The notes below the pieces were generated by a model that saw only the letters and a list, made by a program, of their open reading frames with translations, was not told the origin of the DNA and did not search any database. From Armatimonadota bacterium (GTDB taxonomy: Bacteria; Armatimonadota; Zipacnadia; Zipacnadales; UBA5352), in the NCBI GenBank assembly GCA_034722055.1, contig JAYENL010000066.1, forward strand, positions 1-12,974: a stretch of 12,974 nucleotides of DNA, written 5' to 3'. Shown piece by piece: positions 7,896-12,974 of the stretch. Both the position numbers and the translations under genes were made by a program. Positions within the stretch are counted from its first letter, which is position 1; every line of letters starts with the position of its first letter.

Positions 7896-9254
7896 CTACT
7901 CGAACTCGGGCAGGTCCGCCACGGCCTGGTCGATCTTCTCCTGCGGCAGCTCGTAGTCCACCATCTCGCCGCTGAAGTAATGCTCGTAGGCCGCCAGGTC
8001 GAAGTGCCCGTGGCCGGAGTAGCCGATGAGGATGCACTTCTCCTCGCCGGTCTCCTTGCACTTGAGGGCCTCGTCGATGGCCACCCACACGCCGTGGGCC
8101 GTCTCCGGCGCCGGCACGTGCCCCTCGGTGCGCGAGAAGGTGACAGCACCCTCGAACACATCCACCTGGTTGAGGGCCCGGGCCTCGATGACGCCCTGGC
8201 TCACCAGCAGGCACAGTTGCGGCGCGTCGCCATGGTAGCGGAGGCCGCCGGCGTGGATCGGCGCGGGGACGAACTTGTGGCCCAGCGTGTACATCTTCAG
8301 CAGCGGGGTGAGCTCGGCTGTGTCGCCGAAGTCGTAGTGGTAGATACCCCGCGTGAGGGTGGGGCAGGCAGTGGGCTCGGTGGCGATGATCTGCGTGTCG
8401 CGCTTGCCATCGAGCTTGTCCTTCACGAAGGGGAAGCAGACGCCCGCGAAGTTGGACCCGCCGCCGACGTTGCCGACGATGATGTCCGGGTAGTCGCCCG
8501 CGATCTCGAACTGCTTCTTGGCCTCCAGCCCCACGATCGTCTGATGCAGCAGCACGTGGTTGAGCACGCTGCCCAGCGCGTACTTGGCGTCCTCGGACTT
8601 CGCCGCCATCTCAACGGCCTCGGAGATGGCGATGCCCAGGCTGCCTGGGCTGTCGGGGTCCTCGGCGAGGATGGACCTGCCGGCCTCCGTCCGGTCGCTG
8701 GGCGAGGGGTAGCACTCGGCGCCCCACACGTGCATGAGCAGTCGCCGGTAGGGCTTCTGCTCGTAGCTGATCTTCACCATGTAAACCTCGGCCTGCAGGT
8801 CGAACACGCAGCAGCCGAAGGACAGGGCGCTGCCCCACTGGCCGGCGCCGGTCTCAGTGATGATGCGCTCCACGCCCTCCTGCTTGTTGTAGTAGGCCTG
8901 CGCCACGGCCGTGTTGGGCTTGTGGCTGCCGGGTGGGCTGAAGGCCTCGTTCTTGTAGTAGATGCGCGCCGGCGTGTCGAGATGCTCCTCGAGGCGATAG
9001 GCGCGGAACAGCGGCGACGGCCGCCACAGCCTGTAGACGTCCATCACCTCGTCGGGGATGTCGATCCACGGCTCCATCGACATCTCCTGCTCGATCAGCG
9101 CCATGGGGAAGACCGGCGCCAGGTCCTCCGGGCCCAGCGGCTCGCCGGTGGCGGGGTGGATGGGCGGCTGCAGGGGCGCCGGCAGGTCGGGGTTGATGTT
9201 GTACCAGGCCTGCGGCATGTCCCTCTCGGATAGGAAGATCTTGCTGTCGTCCAT
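7896..9254 (-). CDS. trpB2: Tryptophan synthase beta chain 2 (TrpB2-type PLP-dependent enzyme)
   Basis: 452 aa from ATG 9254 ([20 protein letters not shown]), SD GGGAGG. PLP lysine motif [11 protein letters not shown], plus [35 protein letters not shown] and SGHGHFD, all diagnostic of TrpB2. Confidence 0.95.
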   Translation of the reverse strand: MDDSKIFLSERDMPQAWYNINPDLPAPLQPPIHPATGEPLGPEDLAPVFPMALIEQEMSMEPWIDIPDEVMDVYRLWRPSPLFRAYRLEEHLDTPARIYYKNEAFSPPGSHKPNTAVAQAYYNKQEGVERIITETGAGQWGSALSFGCCVFDLQAEVYMVKISYEQKPYRRLLMHVWGAECYPSPSDRTEAGRSILAEDPDSPGSLGIAISEAVEMAAKSEDAKYALGSVLNHVLLHQTIVGLEAKKQFEIAGDYPDIIVGNVGGGSNFAGVCFPFVKDKLDGKRDTQIIATEPTACPTLTRGIYHYDFGDTAELTPLLKMYTLGHKFVPAPIHAGGLRYHGDAPQLCLLVSQGVIEARALNQVDVFEGAVTFSRTEGHVPAPETAHGVWVAIDEALKCKETGEEKCILIGYSGHGHFDLAAYEHYFSGEMVDYELPQEKIDQAVADLPEFE

Positions 9255-9443
9255 CGATTTGCCCTCCCGTGCAGATTCGTGTGTGCCGTCCGTCTCTCCG
9301 CGAGGGGTGACCACACGCGTACAAACCCTAACGGCGCCGGCAGCGCGCGCCCGCGTCGAGCGATAGGCAGCTTCAGCGACCTCGCAGACGGCTTTCGCCA
9401 CCACCGCCCCCGGTTCCTCCCTCCGCGCGAAAACCGCCCCCGC

Positions 9444-9472
9444 TTGCCGATGCCGGCCGATTGTGCTATCGT
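9444..9472 (+). promoter_or_regulatory. Putative sigma70-type promoter of the cobalamin uptake operon
   Basis: TTGCCG (9444-9449), 17-nt spacer, TATCGT (9467-9472), with an extended -10 TG at 9464-9465. It sits about 20 nt upstream of the riboswitch. Confidence 0.65.
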
Positions 9473-9490
9473 TGCCGAAGCTGCTACACC

Positions 9491-9585
9491 GCGCGCGTTG
9501 CCTCGGGAAGACGGTGCGAATCCGTCGCTGCCCCGCAACTGTGACCGGCCGCCGTCGCGGCCGCCAGCCAGATACCGACACGCAC
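9491..9585 (+). promoter_or_regulatory. Cobalamin (B12) riboswitch, compact form
   Basis: Conserved core GGGAA-GACGGTGCGAATCCGTC-GCTGCCCCGCAACTGTGA...AGCCAGATACC. Closing helix 9493-9500/9576-9583. Located upstream of a BtuFCD-like ABC transporter. Confidence 0.93.
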
Positions 9586-9633
9586 GCTACGGATCATCCC
9601 GCGAGGGCGAACGGTGACCGTCACGGCTCCGCA

Positions 9634-9658
9634 CGGCCCCGCGTGCAGCGCGGGGTCG
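9634..9658 (+). terminator. GC-rich hairpin in the riboswitch expression platform (candidate attenuator)
   Basis: CGGCCCCGCG (9634-9643) pairs with CGCGGGGTCG (9649-9658) with one G-U pair. It lies between the aptamer and the btuF start. The downstream U content is weak. Confidence 0.4.
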
Positions 9659-9724
9659 CGCCGGTTCTGAGCCGCCATGCTCGGCCCGGGCCGCGAACTA
9701 CCGCGGGAGGAAGCGACTCACGCC

Positions 9725-10741
9725 ATGCGCGCGCTCATCTGTCTTCTGCTGCTCCCGCTCCTGCTTCCGACGCTGCTGGTATGCGGGGGCTGCCGCAGCG
9801 CCCCTGGCGGCCGGACCGAGCCGACCGAGGCGCCGCCGGATACCGCCGCCAAGACAGCTCAGGCCGGCGAGTGGCCCCGGACCTTTACCGATGACCTGGG
9901 CGCGGAGGTGACGCTCCCCGCGGCCCCGCAGCGCGTGGTCAGCCTTGCCCCGGGCTTCACCGAGGCGATCTTCGCGATGGGTGCCGACGACCGCCTCGTG
10001 GGCCGCAGCGATTTCTGCTACTTCCCGTCCCAGGCCCTGGAGCTGCCCTCCGTCGGCAGCCTGATCAGCCCCAGCATCGAGAAGATCGTCGGCCTGGAGC
10101 CGGACCTGGTGCTGGTGATCCGCGGGACGCCCAGGGACGTCGTGCAGAGCCTCCGGGATGCGGGCGTGCCGGTCATCGCGCGCAGTCTCGAGGACCTGGA
10201 CGAGGTCATTACCTCCATGCGCGATCTCGGGCGCTACCTGGGGATCGAGGATCGCGCCGACGCCCTGGCCGGTAAGCTGCAGACCCGGAGGGAGGCGGTG
10301 GCGGAGCGCTCTGCGGAGGTCTTTGCCGATGCCCGCAGGCCGGACGTGCTCTTCGTCGTGGAGGTGGAGCCGGTGTTCGCGGCAGGGCCGGGCTGCTTCG
10401 TCGATGACATGATACGCATCGCGGGCGGGATGAACGCGGCGGCCGAGGCCGCGGGCGAGACCGGCAGCCCCTGGCCGCAGCTCTCGCTGGAGGCGGTCGT
10501 GGACGCCGACCCCGATGTGATCGTGGCCTCCCTGGAGGGCCACGTGGATGAGCCGGGCGGCGCGCTGGCGACCTTGCGGCAGCGCACCGGCTGGCGGGAG
10601 CTCACGGCGGTGCGTGAGGGCCGCGTGTTCGAGGCCGACCCCGATCTGATGGTCCGCGCCGGCCCGCGGCTGATCGACGGCCTGGAGCGGCTGGCCGAGA
10701 TCATCCACGGCGTGGCCCTGGAGGGAGCCGAGAATGGCTGA
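9725..10741 (+). CDS. btuF: Cobalamin ABC transporter substrate-binding lipoprotein (BtuF-like)
   Basis: 338 aa from ATG 9725 (MRALICLLLL...VCGGC, lipobox-like). Motifs TFTDDLG, PQRVVSLAPGFTE, SIEKIVGLEPDLV, SLEAVVDADPDVI and RAGPRLIDG. Under a B12 riboswitch. Confidence 0.9.
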   Translation: MRALICLLLLPLLLPTLLVCGGCRSAPGGRTEPTEAPPDTAAKTAQAGEWPRTFTDDLGAEVTLPAAPQRVVSLAPGFTEAIFAMGADDRLVGRSDFCYFPSQALELPSVGSLISPSIEKIVGLEPDLVLVIRGTPRDVVQSLRDAGVPVIARSLEDLDEVITSMRDLGRYLGIEDRADALAGKLQTRREAVAERSAEVFADARRPDVLFVVEVEPVFAAGPGCFVDDMIRIAGGMNAAAEAAGETGSPWPQLSLEAVVDADPDVIVASLEGHVDEPGGALATLRQRTGWRELTAVREGRVFEADPDLMVRAGPRLIDGLERLAEIIHGVALEGAENG

Positions 10742-11534
10742 GGCGGTGCTGGAGGCCCGGGAGCTTCGCTGCGGCTACGAGGAGCGTGAGGTCATCCGCG
10801 GGCTCACCATGCAGCTCCGCGAGGGGGAGTTCGCGGGGCTCATCGGGCCCAACGGGGCCGGTAAGACCACGCTGCTGCGGGCGCTTGCCGGGAGGATGAG
10901 GCCGACTGCAGGCGCGGTGATGATAGCGGGGGTGCCCATCGCACAGCGCTCGCATCGGGAGGTGGCGCGGATGCTGGCGGTGGTCCCGCAGATGTCCTCC
11001 CCGCCCTTCGAGTTCACGGTCCGCGAGGTGGTGGCCATGGGCCGCACGCCACACCTGGGGCGGCTGCAGCCGGAGGGCCCGGCCGACCGGCAGGCCGTGG
11101 ACCGGGCCCTGGAGCTGACCCGGACGGGGGATCTGAACGCCCGGCCGGTCACGGAGCTGTCCGGCGGCGAGTACCAGCGTGTGGTCATCGCCCGCGCGCT
11201 CGCCCAGGAGGCGCCCGTGATGCTCCTGGACGAGCCCGTCTCGCACCTGGACATCGGTCACCAGGTGGAGATCTTCGACCTGCTGGTGCGCCTCAACCGG
11301 GAGGAGGGCCGCAGCATCCTGTGCATCTCCCACGATCTGAACCTCGCTTCCCGCTACTGCGACCGGCTGGTCGCCATCGCCGACGGCCGCGTGGCCGCGG
11401 AGGGGGCGCCGGAGGATGTGATCACCGAGGAGCGTGTCGCACAGCTCTACGGCTGCCGCGTGCGGGTGGATGACGGCCCCGAGGGGCGGCCCCGGGTGAC
11501 GCCGCTGAGCGCGCATGGGGGAGAGCTGGCGTGA
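10734..11534 (+). CDS. btuD: Cobalamin/iron-chelate ABC transporter ATP-binding protein (BtuD/FepC-like)
   Basis: Walker A GPNGAGKT, Q-loop VVPQ, signature LSGGE, Walker B MLLDEP, H-loop SHDLN. Overlaps the btuF stop by 8 nt. Confidence 0.92.
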   Translation: MAEAVLEARELRCGYEEREVIRGLTMQLREGEFAGLIGPNGAGKTTLLRALAGRMRPTAGAVMIAGVPIAQRSHREVARMLAVVPQMSSPPFEFTVREVVAMGRTPHLGRLQPEGPADRQAVDRALELTRTGDLNARPVTELSGGEYQRVVIARALAQEAPVMLLDEPVSHLDIGHQVEIFDLLVRLNREEGRSILCISHDLNLASRYCDRLVAIADGRVAAEGAPEDVITEERVAQLYGCRVRVDDGPEGRPRVTPLSAHGGELA

Positions 11535-12571
11535 CCCGACGGGCGGCATTGGCGGCCGGGCTGGGGGCGGCGCTCCTGCTCGCGTGCGCGCTCTCGCTGT
11601 CACTGGGTGCCGCCGATCTGGCGCCCACCGACGCCGCGCTGGCGCTGCTGGGGCGCCTTCCCGGTCTGAGTAGCCTCGACCCGGGCCTCTCCCGCGCCCA
11701 GGAGACCATTATCTTCGAGCTGCGGCTGCCCCGGCTGCTGCTGGCGCTGCTGGTGGGCTGTGCGCTGTCGGTGGCGGGCGTGGTGATGCAGGCGTTCTTC
11801 CAGAATCCGATGGCCGCTCCCTCAATCATCGGCATCAGCGCCGGCGCCTCGCTGGGGGCCACCATCGCCGTGGTCACCGGACTGTCTCTGGGCTTCGCAG
11901 GGCTCGGGCCCATCCCCCTGGCCGCCTTCGTCAGCGCCCTGGTCGTGACCGCCATCGTCTATGTGCTCTCGCGCCGCGGCGGGCAGACACCCGTCGGCGT
12001 GCTGCTGCTGACGGGCATCGCCATGGGCTCGCTGATGTCCGCGCTGGCAGCGCTGATCCTGGTGACCGGCCAGGACCCGGCGCGCCGCGACCTCGACCTG
12101 GTCGTCTACTGGATGCTCGGCAGCGTCTCCGGCAGGGGCTGGGCGCACGTCACCCTGGTGTTGCCCTACGTGCTGGTGGGCGGCGTGGTGACGTGGGTGT
12201 TCAGCCGCGACCTGAACGTGCTCAGCCTCGGGGACGACGCCGCGCACTACCTGGGGCTGCACGTGGAGCAGGTGCGCCTGATCCTGCTGGCGCTCTCGTC
12301 GCTGCTGACTGCTGCGGCGGTGGCCGTCAGCGGCATCGTCGGCTTCGTGGGGCTGATCGTCCCGCACCTGATGCGCATCATCACCGGCCCGGACCATCGC
12401 GTGCTGCTGCCCGCTGCCGGGGTGGCGGGAGGCGCGCTGCTGGCGCTGGCGGATGTGCTGGCGCGGACGGTGGCGGCGCCCACCGAGATCCCGCTGGGGA
12501 TCATCACCTCAGTGCTCGGCGCTCCGTTCTTCCTGTATCTGCTGCACCGCCGCCGCGAGTACGGTATGTAA
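11531..12571 (+). CDS. btuC: Cobalamin ABC transporter permease (FecCD/BtuC family)
   Basis: Motifs ELRLPRLL, QAFFQNPMAAPSIIGISAGA, WMLGS, GIVGFVGLIVPHLMR and EIPLGIITSVLGAPFFLYLL. GTGA start/stop overlap with the ATPase gene. Confidence 0.92.
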   Translation: MTRRAALAAGLGAALLLACALSLSLGAADLAPTDAALALLGRLPGLSSLDPGLSRAQETIIFELRLPRLLLALLVGCALSVAGVVMQAFFQNPMAAPSIIGISAGASLGATIAVVTGLSLGFAGLGPIPLAAFVSALVVTAIVYVLSRRGGQTPVGVLLLTGIAMGSLMSALAALILVTGQDPARRDLDLVVYWMLGSVSGRGWAHVTLVLPYVLVGGVVTWVFSRDLNVLSLGDDAAHYLGLHVEQVRLILLALSSLLTAAAVAVSGIVGFVGLIVPHLMRIITGPDHRVLLPAAGVAGGALLALADVLARTVAAPTEIPLGIITSVLGAPFFLYLLHRRREYGM

Positions 12572-12735
12572 CCGGCCGGCCGACCGCAAGGGCGTGGGAG
12601 CAGGGGGCGCGTTTTCAGATTGTCGGTTGCGGCCGGGCGAGAGTCAGCAGCGAGCAGCTACCAGCTCTCAGCTAACGGGAACGGCGGACGGCCAGGGGCG
12701 TGGACGCACCGTCGGGGTGGCCACGCCCGCGGGCC

Positions 12736-12771
12736 GTGTCGTGCGGAGGTCGGGCGTGCCTACGCCCGACG
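12736..12771 (+). repeat. REP-like palindromic repeat, copy A
   Basis: GTGTCGTGCGGAG-GTCGGGCGT-GCCT-ACGCCCGAC-G, a 13-nt leader plus a perfect 9-bp hairpin. Homologous to copy B. Confidence 0.75.
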
Positions 12772-12901
12772 CGGGCCCAAGGCCCGCAGCCGTTGCTGTT
12801 GGAGGGGCCGCACGACGGTGGGTGCGAAGCACCCGGAGAAGGCCGGCCCAAGATGCCGTGCCGTTGAGGGTGCGCTCGAACGACAGTCGCGCTTCGCGCG
12901 A

Positions 12902-12937
12902 CGGCTGGCCTAGGCAGGCCAGCCCTCCGTACGACAC
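12902..12937 (-). repeat. REP-like palindromic repeat, copy B (inverted relative to A)
   Basis: The minus strand reads GTGTCGTACGGAG-GGCTGGCCT-GCCT-AGGCCAGCC-G. Same leader (12/13 identical), same loop, perfect 9-bp stem. Confidence 0.75.
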
Positions 12938-12974
12938 TGACCCGCAGCGCCGCAACTGCGCGGGCCCATCCGTA

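Noticed and set aside
9265..9310. GGAGAG-containing segment upstream of trpB2 resembling the start of a glycine riboswitch
   Set aside because: It lacks the CCGAAG and CTCAGG conserved elements.
9395..9410. Tandem Trp codons (R-W-W-R) on the minus strand upstream of trpB2, suggestive of a trp attenuator leader peptide
   Set aside because: There is no nearby in-frame start codon or early stop (the frame runs 9538-9095 into trpB2) and no terminator with a U-tract. Probably chance.
9255..9581. 109-aa N-terminal extension of TrpB2 in the ORF track
   Set aside because: It overlaps the opposite-strand promoter and riboswitch. TrpB2 homology and the SD point to ATG 9254.
12620..12955. Short ORFs 12620..12913 (+) and 12668..12955 (-)
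   Set aside because: Non-ATG starts, no convincing SD, low-complexity Arg/Ala/Gly-rich translations, and they run through palindromic repeats.
1..12974. CRISPR array, tRNA/rRNA, transposase, integrase or defence genes
   Set aside because: No regularly spaced repeats, RNA-gene signatures or corresponding protein motifs were seen.

Overview
Very GC-rich bacterial DNA. The gene content resembles Armatimonadota/Planctomycetota/Poribacteria-type genomes, which is inference only. The window holds nine protein-coding genes. In order: (1) the 3' part of a glycoside-hydrolase-like gene (+); (2) a membrane-anchored CapA-family metallophosphoesterase fused to a C-terminal M15 zinc peptidase domain (-), preceded by a near-consensus sigma28/FliA-type promoter; (3-4) two tandem paralogous DUF6785/DUF6784-like polytopic membrane proteins (-); (5) a divergent Gfo/Idh/MocA oxidoreductase (+), followed by a perfect hairpin; (6) a stand-alone TrpB2 (-); (7-9) a sigma70 promoter, a compact cobalamin riboswitch and a btuF-btuD-btuC-like ABC importer operon (+). 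The most unusual signals are non-coding. There is an inverted pair of 36-nt palindromic repeats near the right end whose stems differ only by compensatory base-pair changes, a multi-hairpin intergenic element at 626-786, and an anti-SD/anti-anti-SD arrangement upstream of the oxidoreductase. Most other long ORFs in the track are antisense or frame shadows typical of high-GC DNA.
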